From Marinoscillum sp. (GTDB taxonomy: Bacteria; Bacteroidota; Bacteroidia; Cytophagales; MED-G16): a stretch of DNA of 34,570 bases. The DNA is taken from the NCBI GenBank assembly GCA_038125345.1, contig JAYPDR010000004.1, positions 1,688-36,257 of the forward strand, given 5' to 3'. This document shows, piece after piece, positions 1 to 10,000 of the stretch; positions within the stretch are counted from its first letter, which is position 1; each line of letters opens with the position of its first letter. The notes under the pieces were generated by a model. It saw only the letters and a list, made by a program, of their open reading frames with translations. It was not told the origin of the DNA and ran no database searches. The translations under genes and the position numbers were made by a program.

Positions 1-2
1 TT

Positions 3-941
3 TCTGAGCTTGATAAAGATTTAAAATCATTAATATCAATTTGGAAAAAAGGAATAAATAAAATAAAAAATGCTAAAATAGGCGAGAAGATTATTGGTGA
101 TGAAAACAAAGCAACATCTTTATTAAGAGATATTCTAAACTCATCTTTTGATAGTATTGTTATTGATGATAAAAAATTGCACCATGAGGTGAAAGAGTAC
201 GTTAAAAAATTCGAACCTAAGAAAGAGAAAATAGTTAAATTTTATTCGTCTCCGGCGCCAATTTTTGAGGTTTATGGTATTGAAAAACAACTTCAAGATT
301 TATTTGGCGAAACCGTTCCTATATCTAATGGGGGTTATGTTATTATCCAACACACAGAAGCTTTACACGCAATAGATGTTAATAGCGGGAAAACCAGCAA
401 GGCCTCAAACCAAGAAGAGTCAGCATTAAATGTTAATCTGGATGCGGCAGAAACAATAGCTAGGCAATTGAGACTCAGAGACATTGGAGGAATAATTGTA
501 ATTGACTTTATCGATTTAAAAAAAACAAGCAATAAAAGGAAGGTGTATGAGGCAATGAAAAAAGCAATGGGTGATGATCGTTCAAAACATACCATATTAC
601 CACTTTCTAAGTTTTGTTTAATGCAGATAACCAGACAAAGGGTAAGACAAGAATTAAAAATGACAAAAGAAGATGCTGAGTTAGATCAAGAAGGAACTGA
701 AGCTGCTGATAAAATTGAAAAAAAAATTGAGCATCTGTTTGTCAAACAAAATGAAAAAAACCTAATCCTTGTTGTTCATCCATATCTTTACTCTTATTTT
801 ACCATAGGTGTATTGTCCAGACAATATAAGTGGTTTATAAAATACAGAAAGTGGGTAAAAATTGAAAAAGACAATAACATATCAGTTAAAGATTATGTGT
901 TTTTAGATTCTAATAGGCAGATAATTCAAACAAAAAAGTGA
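3..941 (+). CDS. rng: Ribonuclease G/E family (Rne/Rng), C-terminal part; the 5' end lies outside the window
   Basis: Frame 3 is open from nt 3 (SELDKDLKSL...), so the track's TTG at 177 is internal. HAIDVNSGK and IGGIIVIDFIDL match the RNase E/G catalytic core. Stop TGA at 939-941. Confidence 0.85.
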   Translation, partial: SELDKDLKSLISIWKKGINKIKNAKIGEKIIGDENKATSLLRDILNSSFDSIVIDDKKLHHEVKEYVKKFEPKKEKIVKFYSSPAPIFEVYGIEKQLQDLFGETVPISNGGYVIIQHTEALHAIDVNSGKTSKASNQEESALNVNLDAAETIARQLRLRDIGGIIVIDFIDLKKTSNKRKVYEAMKKAMGDDRSKHTILPLSKFCLMQITRQRVRQELKMTKEDAELDQEGTEAADKIEKKIEHLFVKQNEKNLILVVHPYLYSYFTIGVLSRQYKWFIKYRKWVKIEKDNNISVKDYVFLDSNRQIIQTKK

Positions 942-1912
942 AACCCCTTTATGTTTTTGTAATTTGTTTAGTTGCATCATGTGTCCATGATGAGTGCAAA
1001 ACCAACAACCAACCAACTAATTCAATTGTTTATATTAAAGATCTATCTGAAGAAATTAACAAGGTTGATTCTTTGGATGATTTTTATGTTTTAATTGAAA
1101 AAAACAAAAACATTCTTTACCCTTTTTTTGAGATTAACGATAGTCTTGAATTACCCCAAAGAGGAGAGGATTTGTTTCCTTTAGTAAACAATGTTTACTT
1201 TGATAGCTTATATGAAGATGTAAGGAAATTTTTTGTTGATCCAATATATTTTTTTAAAGAAACAAATACAGCAATTATCAAATATAATTCTTTGAGCAGT
1301 ATTAAATTAAAACCAAAAATAACAACTTTAGTTTCCGGGTTTTTTAATGACATTATCGTTGACAGAAACAATATAGTGGTGGGATTAGAGTATTTTTTAC
1401 CACCCGAAAATAAGTTTAAACCAAAAGATCTCCCATCATATATTCTTAGTAGATATACTCCAGAACACCTGAATGCTATAGTGTTATCTTCTTATTTTTC
1501 ACAGTTCAATTTAATTAATGAGCTTGACGCAACCATGCTTAATGAAATGATTTCGTTTGGAAAACTTTATTTTGTTATTTCTTCTTTACTTAATTGCACT
1601 GAAGAAAGAATTATTATGGGGTATTCACAAGAAGAGATTGATTTACTAAACAACAACGAAGCTTTTATTTACGGGTTTTTTTTACAGAACGAATTGTTGT
1701 TTAATGAGTCCAATATTGTAAAACAAAAGTATATATCAGAAAGACCCAATACATTTGAGATTTCTCAGTCTATCCCTGGACGTGTTGGAAGGTGGTTAGG
1801 ATTGAAAATTGTAGATTCTTTTATGAAAAATCAAGATTATTCACTTGAGGAACTTTTGATAGAAAAAGACTATAAGAAGATATTTTATAATTCAAACTAT
1901 AATCCAATATAA
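938..1912 (+). CDS. gldB: Gliding-motility lipoprotein GldB-like (DUF2268-related)
   Basis: GTG start overlaps the rng stop (GTGA). Lipoprotein signal MKPLYVFVICLVASC. The C-terminal motif IPGRVGRWLGLKIVDSFMKN resembles the SPGRVGQWIGWQIV motif I recall from Flavobacterium GldB. Size is about 320 aa. Confidence 0.6.
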   Translation: MKPLYVFVICLVASCVHDECKTNNQPTNSIVYIKDLSEEINKVDSLDDFYVLIEKNKNILYPFFEINDSLELPQRGEDLFPLVNNVYFDSLYEDVRKFFVDPIYFFKETNTAIIKYNSLSSIKLKPKITTLVSGFFNDIIVDRNNIVVGLEYFLPPENKFKPKDLPSYILSRYTPEHLNAIVLSSYFSQFNLINELDATMLNEMISFGKLYFVISSLLNCTEERIIMGYSQEEIDLLNNNEAFIYGFFLQNELLFNESNIVKQKYISERPNTFEISQSIPGRVGRWLGLKIVDSFMKNQDYSLEELLIEKDYKKIFYNSNYNPI

Positions 1913-1913
1913 A

Positions 1914-2558
1914 TTGAATAAGGCGGAAAAGGTAAAATATGTTCTATACACTCTGGAAACACTATATCCTAAAATCACTCCACCATTAAAACATAAAGAC
2001 CCCTACACGCTTTTAATTGCTGTTTTGTTGTCAGCCCAAAGTACAGACGTGGGGGTAAATAAAATAACACCCATTTTATTTAATAAAGCAGACAATCCTT
2101 TTGATATGATAAAACTATCGATATCTGAAATTAGAGAAATAATTAAACCAGTTGGCTTGTCTCCGATGAAATCAAAAGGAATACATGGTTTATCAAAAAT
2201 TTTAGTTGATCGCTATAACGGAAAAGTGCCTGATAATTTAGAGGCTTTAGAATCACTTCCTGCTGTAGGACACAAAACAGCAAGTGTTGTGATGTCACAA
2301 GCTTTTGGTATTCCCTCTTTTCCTGTTGACACTCATATCCACAGACTAATGTGGAGATGGGGGTTTTCATCTGGTAAAAACGTAGTCCAGACAGAAAAAG
2401 ACGCTAAAAGGCTTTTTCCAATTGAGAAATGGAACAAACTACATTTACAAATAATTTTTTACGGAAGAGAATATTCGCCCGCTAGGTCTTGGGACATTAA
2501 CAAAGATATAATTACTCAAAAAATAGGAAGAAAATCTATAGTTAATAAACTAATATAA
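1914..2558 (+). CDS. nth: Endonuclease III family DNA glycosylase/lyase (HhH-GPD), variant without the Fe-S cluster
   Basis: TTG start 1 nt after the gldB stop. HhH motif LPAVGHKTASVV (catalytic Lys) and VDTHIHRL (catalytic Asp). The protein has no Cys at all, so the C-terminal C-X6-C-X2-C-X5-C cluster loop is absent. Confidence 0.85.
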   Translation: MNKAEKVKYVLYTLETLYPKITPPLKHKDPYTLLIAVLLSAQSTDVGVNKITPILFNKADNPFDMIKLSISEIREIIKPVGLSPMKSKGIHGLSKILVDRYNGKVPDNLEALESLPAVGHKTASVVMSQAFGIPSFPVDTHIHRLMWRWGFSSGKNVVQTEKDAKRLFPIEKWNKLHLQIIFYGREYSPARSWDINKDIITQKIGRKSIVNKLI

Positions 2559-2798
2559 CCCATTAATAAACTTAACATTTGAGTTTTTTTTTGAATAATC
2601 TTTAATGTTGTTAATCACCTTTTCTGAGGGTATTAATAACAAGTCATCAATCAAGCTTTTTATTTCTAAACAACCCATAAACTCATCATTAAAATCAGAG
2701 TCAGTAAGTTTTTTTATGTTAATTTTTATTGTTTTTTTTTCTTCTAATTCATTGTAGATATGTCTTATCATATCAATATTAGTAGAGGTTCTATTCAT
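2550..2798 (-). CDS. Small hydrophilic hypothetical protein (82 aa from ATG), translationally coupled to the ECF sigma factor; possible sigma partner
   Basis: ATG at 2798-2796 overlaps the sigma stop (TATGAATAG). The track's TTG at 2804 is two codons upstream. No TM segment, no HxxxCxxC, no family recognised. Confidence 0.5.
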   Translation of the reverse strand: MNRTSTNIDMIRHIYNELEEKKTIKINIKKLTDSDFNDEFMGCLEIKSLIDDLLLIPSEKVINNIKDYSKKNSNVKFINGLY

Positions 2799-3372
2799 AG
2801 GCAATTTGAGTTTGTTTAATTTTTTTTCTTAACGTAATTAACGCATATCTCATTCTTCCTAAGGCGGTATTAATGCTAACATTAGTTGCCTCCGCTATTT
2901 CTTGAAAGCTCATATCCATGTAATGCCTCATTATCAGAACTTGTTTCTGTTTGTCGGGAAGGGTTTCTATTATTTTTTTTAGAAGTGTTTTTGAGTCTTT
3001 AGAGAGATTGTTGGTCTCAGAAAAATCTTCAGAAAACCGCAAAGAGTTAAAGACATCAGACCCATCAGATAAAGTTATTTTTAGATTTCTTTTCTCTTTT
3101 CTGAAGTGATCAATGGCCTGATTATGAGCAATTCTCAAAACCCAAGGAAGGAATTTACCCTGTTCGTTATATTTGTTGTTGTTTATGATATTAATTGTTT
3201 TAATAAAAACATCTTGAAGTATGTCTTCAGCGACATATTTATCTTTTACAATTAAATAAATAGTTGTAAAAATTTTAGATTTATGCCTATCAATTAACAC
3301 AGACATTGCCTCTTTGTTACCATTTGTATAAAGTGACACCAAACAACTGTCACTTATTTCCGTTTTTAACAT
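2791..3372 (-). CDS. RNA polymerase sigma-70 family ECF sigma factor
   Basis: Region 2 (DILQDVFIKT...FLPWVLRIAHNQAIDHFRKEKR) and region 4 HTH (QKQVLIMRHYMDMSFQEIAEATNVSINTALGRMRYALITLRK). Size is 193 aa. Confidence 0.9.
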   Translation of the reverse strand: MLKTEISDSCLVSLYTNGNKEAMSVLIDRHKSKIFTTIYLIVKDKYVAEDILQDVFIKTINIINNNKYNEQGKFLPWVLRIAHNQAIDHFRKEKRNLKITLSDGSDVFNSLRFSEDFSETNNLSKDSKTLLKKIIETLPDKQKQVLIMRHYMDMSFQEIAEATNVSINTALGRMRYALITLRKKIKQTQIAYE

Positions 3373-3437
3373 AATAATTATTGTTTAGTAACGTAGAGGT
3401 CTATAGCATATTGTGTTATTTTGTTAATAATATTTTA

Positions 3438-3469
3438 CTAAATATAGCCATTGATTTTATAATTTCAAA
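3438..3469 (-). promoter_or_regulatory. Candidate Bacteroidota-type promoter for the ECF sigma operon
   Basis: The minus strand reads TTTG, then 19 nt, then TATATTTA(G). The consensus is -33 TTTG / -7 TAnnTTTG, so the last position mismatches. It lies about 60 nt upstream of the sigma ATG. Motif match only. Confidence 0.25.
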
Positions 3470-3474
3470 AAACT

Positions 3475-6234
3475 GTGTCTGAGCCAAAAAACATTATTAT
3501 TAAAAACGCTAGAGTAAATAATCTCAAAAATATATCATTAAAAATCCCAAGAAATAAGTTTATTGTTATCTCAGGCGTATCTGGATCTGGTAAATCATCT
3601 TTAGCTTTTGATACAATTTTTGCAGAGGGACAAAGAAAGTACATCGAAAGCTTAAGCTCATACGCCCGACAGTTTCTTAAGAGGATGGATAAACCAAACG
3701 TTGATTTTATTGATGGGCTATCACCTGCTATTGCTGTGGATCAAAAAAGAAATAACAAGAACCCAAGATCAACCGTAGGGACCCTTTCAGAAATTTTTGA
3801 TTACTTAAAATTGTTGTTTTTAAATATTGGTCAAACATTTTCCCCCATCTCTGGAAACTTAGTTAAAAAAGACAACTTCGAGGATGTTTTAAAGTATTTA
3901 TCAAATTTTGATGGAGAAAAATATTATATTTCTGTCAACAAAAAATCAACAAAAAATCATTTTACAAGAGATCTTCAGTTGCTACTTAACAAGGGGTTTA
4001 CTAGGGTGTTGGTTAACAATCAATTTTATATTATCGAATCACTTCTATCAGAAGATGTTCTTCCTGACTCATATGATATATTAATTGATAGAGGGGTAGT
4101 TAATATGGAAGATGAAAATTTTATTTTCAAGATAATTGAGTCTTGTAAAGATGCTTTTTTTGAAGGTGAAGGTAGATTATTAGTAACCGTACCTAAAAAA
4201 GAAAAAAAAGAGTTTTCAAATAAATTTGAGTTAGACGGAATTACTTTTATTGAGCCAACGCTAAGCTTATTTAGTTTTAATAATCCCTATGGTGCATGTT
4301 CCAGTTGTGGTGGTTTTGGAAATGTTCTAGGGTTTGATGAAAACAAAATTATTCCAAACAAAAACCAATCTCTATTGTCAAATTGTATTGCTCCGTGGAG
4401 AACTGAAAAGATGAAAAAATGGCTTAACCCTCTAATTGAAAATGCAAGTGATTTTAAAATAAATATTCACACGCCTTACAATGAGCTAAACGAAAAAGAA
4501 AAGGATCTTATTTGGAATGGAAAAGGCTCATTTAAGGGAATTTATAAATTTTTAGAATATCTTGATAAGAAAAGTTATAAAATTCAATATAGAATTATTG
4601 CCTCAAGATATAAAGGAAAAACAACCTGCAGGAGTTGTCGTGGCACAGGAATCAGAGAAGATGTACACAATATTAAAATCAACAATAAAAGCTTAATTGA
4701 CTTAACGCTTAGCTCAGTCGCTTCTTTGTTAAATTTTTTTGAGACAATAAAGCTTACAAATAAAGAAAAGCAATTAGCAAAAAGATCTCTTCAAGAAATT
4801 GTATCTAGGCTGCATTATATAAGTAATATAGGCCTTGGTTATTTAACCCTTAACAGAAAAGTTAGCTCACTTTCTGGCGGAGAGTTTCAAAGAATAAAAC
4901 TAGCAACATCCCTAGGGAGTTCCCTTGTTGGATCTCTCTATGTTTTAGACGAACCCACAATTGGTCTTCACCCATATAATACTCAAAAATTAATTCAAAT
5001 TCTTCAATCTCTTAAGTCAATAGGAAATACTGTCATTGTTGTTGAGCATGATGAAGAGGTGATTTTATCTTCAGACCACTTAATTGATATTGGCCCCGGA
5101 GCAGGACATCAAGGGGGAGAAATAATGTATTCTGGGCCCACAAAAAACATTAACAATAACACAAAAGGTCCCACTAGTGAGTTTATATTTAATAAAAAAA
5201 AAATAGAAGCTCAAAAGAGAAGAAAATTTGTAAACAACATAACAATTGTTAACACTAATCATAATAACTTAAAAAACATAACAGTATCCATTCCGCTGGA
5301 TTGTTTAGTTGTGGTAACTGGTGTTAGCGGATCAGGAAAATCAACACTCATTAGAGATGTTTTTTATAATGCCGTTGCCAAACATTTAGGGTTAGATTTT
5401 GAAAAAGAGGGTAAATACGAGGCTATTAAGGGGGATATAGATAAAATTAAATCTATAGAAATAGTAGACCAAAACCCAATTGGAAGATCTTCAAGATCAA
5501 ATCCGGCTACATACTCAAAGGCGTATGAGTCAATTAGAAAAATTTTTTCTATTGAGGGTCAGAAAATAAATAAGGAAATAAAACCCTCGTTCTTTTCATT
5601 TAATGTTGACGGAGGAAGATGTGAGGAGTGTTTGGGGGAAGGCGTGACAAAAATTGAAATGCAATTTATGGCAGATATCTTTTTAGAATGCGATTCTTGC
5701 AAGGGAAAAAGGTTCAAGAAAGACGTCCTTGAAGTGAAATATAAGAATAAATCGATTTTTGATGTTTTAGAGATGACCATAGAAGAAGCTTGTGATTTTT
5801 TTAAAAACTCCACCCCAATATTAAAAAAACTCCAACCTATGTGTGATGTTGGTTTAGGATATCTAAAATTAGGACAATCGTCAAGCACTTTAAGTGGAGG
5901 TGAGGCCCAGAGACTAAAGTTAGGTTCCTATTTAACGGAGGATCCATCCAATATTTCGGCAGGTGTTTATATTTTTGATGAGCCGACGTCAGGATTACAC
6001 AATAAAGATATTTTATGTTTCTTAAAATCCGTTTCTAGGCTTATTAGCATGGGAAACACTGTGGTTATAATTGAACATAATATGGAGATGATAAAGAATG
6101 CGGACTGGATTATTGACCTTGGCCCAGATGGTGGAGATGAGGGAGGAGAAATTTGTTTTCAAGGAACCCCAGAATCTTTGATTAAAAACAACAACAATAA
6201 AACAGCAAAATATTTAAAACAACAGTTCGTTTGA
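3475..6234 (+). CDS. uvrA: Excinuclease ABC subunit A (UvrA), divergent form lacking the zinc-module-1 ligands
   Basis: GTG start. Two Walker A motifs (GVSGSGKSS, GVSGSGKST), two ABC signatures (LSGGEFQRIKLA, LSGGEAQRLKLG), and retained zinc modules CSSCGG...CRSCRGTG and CEECLGEG...CDSCKGKRF. Confidence 0.95.
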   Translation: MSEPKNIIIKNARVNNLKNISLKIPRNKFIVISGVSGSGKSSLAFDTIFAEGQRKYIESLSSYARQFLKRMDKPNVDFIDGLSPAIAVDQKRNNKNPRSTVGTLSEIFDYLKLLFLNIGQTFSPISGNLVKKDNFEDVLKYLSNFDGEKYYISVNKKSTKNHFTRDLQLLLNKGFTRVLVNNQFYIIESLLSEDVLPDSYDILIDRGVVNMEDENFIFKIIESCKDAFFEGEGRLLVTVPKKEKKEFSNKFELDGITFIEPTLSLFSFNNPYGACSSCGGFGNVLGFDENKIIPNKNQSLLSNCIAPWRTEKMKKWLNPLIENASDFKINIHTPYNELNEKEKDLIWNGKGSFKGIYKFLEYLDKKSYKIQYRIIASRYKGKTTCRSCRGTGIREDVHNIKINNKSLIDLTLSSVASLLNFFETIKLTNKEKQLAKRSLQEIVSRLHYISNIGLGYLTLNRKVSSLSGGEFQRIKLATSLGSSLVGSLYVLDEPTIGLHPYNTQKLIQILQSLKSIGNTVIVVEHDEEVILSSDHLIDIGPGAGHQGGEIMYSGPTKNINNNTKGPTSEFIFNKKKIEAQKRRKFVNNITIVNTNHNNLKNITVSIPLDCLVVVTGVSGSGKSTLIRDVFYNAVAKHLGLDFEKEGKYEAIKGDIDKIKSIEIVDQNPIGRSSRSNPATYSKAYESIRKIFSIEGQKINKEIKPSFFSFNVDGGRCEECLGEGVTKIEMQFMADIFLECDSCKGKRFKKDVLEVKYKNKSIFDVLEMTIEEACDFFKNSTPILKKLQPMCDVGLGYLKLGQSSSTLSGGEAQRLKLGSYLTEDPSNISAGVYIFDEPTSGLHNKDILCFLKSVSRLISMGNTVVIIEHNMEMIKNADWIIDLGPDGGDEGGEICFQGTPESLIKNNNNKTAKYLKQQFV

Positions 6235-6283
6235 TAAGATATTAATCAATTAAATAATTGAATTAATTTTACAAGAAAACCCT

Positions 6284-7048
6284 ATGGCTCAAAAAATTGT
6301 AGTAGCAAATTGGAAAATGAACAACGATGAGTATTCATCTAAAGCATTAACATATGATTTTCTTAAACTTCTTAGCCAACAAAACAATACAGACATTAAA
6401 AAAATATTATGTGTTCCTTTTCCTTTTCTAGGAATGATTGAAAATATGTGCAGAGGTACTGAGTCTGTTTATGTTGGAGCACAAAACTGCAGTTCACATG
6501 AGAGCGGTGCATATACTGGCGAGGTTTCTGTTTCAATGTTAAGTAGTCTACGAGTAACGTTTGTAATAATAGGACATAGTGAGAGAAGAGAACTTTTTAA
6601 TGAAAAAGACGATGTGTTGTTAGAAAAAATAAAATTATCTCTTTCGCAAAAAATCACCCCTATTTTTTGTTTTGGTGAACCTCTTCATATCAGAGAAAAA
6701 AATCAACACATTGAGTTTGTTACCGCTCAATTATCAAATACCGTTTTGAAATTAAATAAAGAAGAGTTTTCAAAAGTAATTTTAGCCTATGAGCCAATAT
6801 GGGCTATAGGATCTGGAAAAACAGCAAGTTTAGAAAACATAGAAGAAATGCATAAAGCAATTAGAGATGTGCTTAAAATAAAATTTGGTAATTCTTTATC
6901 AAGCAATTCAAGCATTTTATATGGGGGTAGTGTGAATTCTACAAACGCCCAGGATATTTTTTCTCTATCTGGTGTTGACGGGGGCTTAGTTGGAGGCGCC
7001 TCTTTAGATGCTAAAGTTTTTCTTGAAATAGTAAATTCTATGGGATAA
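6284..7048 (+). CDS. tpiA: Triosephosphate isomerase
   Basis: VVANWKMN, IIGHSERR, AYEPIWAIGSGKTAS and YGGSVN motifs. Size is 254 aa. Confidence 0.95.
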   Translation: MAQKIVVANWKMNNDEYSSKALTYDFLKLLSQQNNTDIKKILCVPFPFLGMIENMCRGTESVYVGAQNCSSHESGAYTGEVSVSMLSSLRVTFVIIGHSERRELFNEKDDVLLEKIKLSLSQKITPIFCFGEPLHIREKNQHIEFVTAQLSNTVLKLNKEEFSKVILAYEPIWAIGSGKTASLENIEEMHKAIRDVLKIKFGNSLSSNSSILYGGSVNSTNAQDIFSLSGVDGGLVGGASLDAKVFLEIVNSMG

Positions 7049-7060
7049 AATAAAAAAGAA

Positions 7061-10000
7061 ATGAAAAAATTTTTCTTTTTTGTCTTTATAGTCTTTTTAC
7101 AAACCTTCCTTCTTTCTCCATTTCTCTCTAAATCTCAAACAAAAAAAAACAGTTTTTCAAACCTTGAGGAATTCTATAATTCTTTTGTTAATCAAGAGGT
7201 AAGTGATTCGGATAGAGAAATAATAAAAAAAACATTGCTTGATGAAAATAAATTTAACCAAGAAGAAGAAGTAATGTTTGTCCGTATCTTAAACACAATA
7301 GATATAAAAAATAATTCTGAGCTTTTGAACTTAGTTAATTATATAAATTGGGCATCAGAAAACCTCAACGAATCTACAAAATTAGAAGATTTATTAACTT
7401 ATCACCTTTCATTAATTGTTAGAGAAGAGTTTAAGTCAAAAAATTACTTTACTTCACTCTGGAGAATAATAAAAACGGAGACAGTTTATAGCGACGTTTC
7501 TTATAAGCTTATTATCAAAAAAGATCCAAAAATAGGATTGGAGGACTTTTTGGGGTTTAGTCTTTATAATAATTTTGGAGATGTTCAAGGAACACTTACT
7601 TTTTATTATAGTAGTGTAGATTTAATTGTAGATTCTGAGTTTCACAATTTTGAAATTAAAAAAACAGATATCAGTCTTTATCCAGATATTAATGTTATTC
7701 AAGGAAAAAACGGATTAATATCCAGTAAGATTAATAATCCTTATATTTCTGATTTAGGTTTTTTTTTAAATAAATTTTCCTTGGACTTAACCCAAGGTGT
7801 TCTTGTTTCTGATGAAACTACACTAAATACCACCACCACAAAAAAGGTAGAAGGTTCACTCGAATATAGAGTCTTAAAAAATTCACCATTAAACTCTAAT
7901 AACTTTAATTTTATTTCAAATAACTCAAACATACATTTAATACAAAACAATAATTATTCTCTAACCTCTGGTCTTTTTATTAATGGAGATAAAGTATTCA
8001 CAAAATCAAAAAGTAATGGTTTTTCAGAGTTTTTATTACAACTAGGATTTAACAAAAAAATAAGCGTTAAGTCCAAATCTTTTTTTATTGATCATCAAGA
8101 TATTTCAGCAGAGAAATCAACATTCAAACTGTTTGACGTGAGCGATTCTGTGTATCACTCTCAGGTCGAATTTAATTTTAATTTTAATTCTGAAAAAATT
8201 GAACTTTTTAACACAAAAGGACTTCTAAGCAACTCAGCTTTTTATTCTTCTTACTTTAATATTGAGTTTGATGCCGATTATTTGAGCTATACATTAGGAG
8301 GCTCGGAGGTGTTTTTTAAAATGATTGTAGCACCAACCCAAAGACCCTTAAGTGTATACTCTAGAAATTATTTTGCTCAAAATAAAATAAACGAGATGAC
8401 AGATCTTAATGGAATTAACTTTTTAAAAGCTGTCTATACATATTTCTCTAAAATCAAAAGAGAAGATTTTTATATAGCTGATTTCGCATATTCTTTTAAT
8501 TTAAATGTAAATCTAATAGAAGGAGGAATTATTGACCTTTGGAGAAACGGCTTTGTTTTATACGATAAAGAGATTGGTTTAATAGAGGTGTTGCCAAAAC
8601 TAAAACATTATTATTTGTCTCACAGTAAAAGATCTGATTATGATGAGGTTAGTTTCACCTCACTATCGCCAACTTCAAACAACTTAATTTATAATTTAAA
8701 ATCAGACAAAATGTTATTTGATGGCGTAGAAAATTTGAGACTAAGTGAAAAAAACAATTTAATTGTATATCCTCAGAGCGGCATGGTTGAGCTTAAAAAA
8801 AACAGAGAAATAAATACCATTGGAAATCTTTCTGTAGGAAATTTTGATTTTAGAGGAGTCACTTTATCATTTAAGTATGATGCTTATAAAATTGATTTAT
8901 TAAAAATAGATACATTAAAAATGATAACTAAAGTTAATAATTTAGAGAGTTATAACTATCTCTATAATATAGGAGGGGGGCTCTTTATAAATCATCCAAA
9001 AAACAAATCATCATTAAGAAAACTCCCTAATTTCCCCTTTTTTGTTTCAGATAAAAGCACTAGTGTATATTTTGAAATGCCAGATGACTACGGAAGCAAG
9101 TATGATAGTAGTTTTTATTTTACTATAGATCAGTTTAGGATTGATAGCTTAGACAAATCAACCCTACCAAAGTTTGAATTTCCGGGAAAATTTTATTCTG
9201 TTGGAATATTTAACCCTCTCGAGGCGAAGCTTATTACAATGCCCGATAATTCTTTTGGATTTACAATTGATTTAAAAAATAATAATCTTGACGCTTATGG
9301 AAAAAACATTCAGGTTTTTGAAAATCTAATGATGGACTCCACGGGATTATATTCGGAGGGAAACATTAAATATAATTCTACAACCCTATTCTCTGAAAAA
9401 TTTCGTTTTTTCCCAGATTCTATCAGTGGATATGTAGAAAAAGGATTTATGAGCGTAGAAACATCTAAAAAACAAAATTTTATCTACCCAGAGCTAGAGC
9501 TATCTAATCTTCAGTTAACATATCTCAAAGATGATAACAACGTGTTACTTTTATTTGACTCTTTAAAAAGATCAGAAATTATTAATAAAAAAAATAATTA
9601 TAAAATATTTGGAGACTTAACCATTTCATCAACTGAAGTTTCTTCAGAAGGTAAAATAAAAATTGGTGACTCATATTTTTTTTCTGATAGGTTTGTTTTT
9701 GAAGAGTCACTTATTGCCTCTGATTATGCTGATGCTTTTCTCAAAGAAAAATCTCAAAATAACGACCTTGTAAACGCTGAGGGTGTAAAATTGAAATATA
9801 AAATCAATGAAAAAGAATTGAACTTAAAAACAACACTTTTTGGCCAAAACAATTTTATGTTTCCTCGTTTTCAATTATTTTCTTCTTTCGCAGAAATAAA
9901 TTGGAATATTCAACAAAAATCTATTTCTGTGACTTCAGAAGATAACTCAGAAAAAACAATATATTCCTTAAGTCCTGAATTTAATAGTTGGTCTTTTGAT

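Noticed and set aside
6264-6271. Near-matches to the Bacteroidota -7 box upstream of three genes: tpiA (TAATTTTA at 6264-6271), the M20 gene (TAAATTAG at 11606-11613) and uvrA (TTATTTTG at 3416-3423).
   Set aside because: Each has a mismatch and lacks a correctly spaced -33 TTTG. Such A/T-rich octamers are frequent by chance in this sequence.
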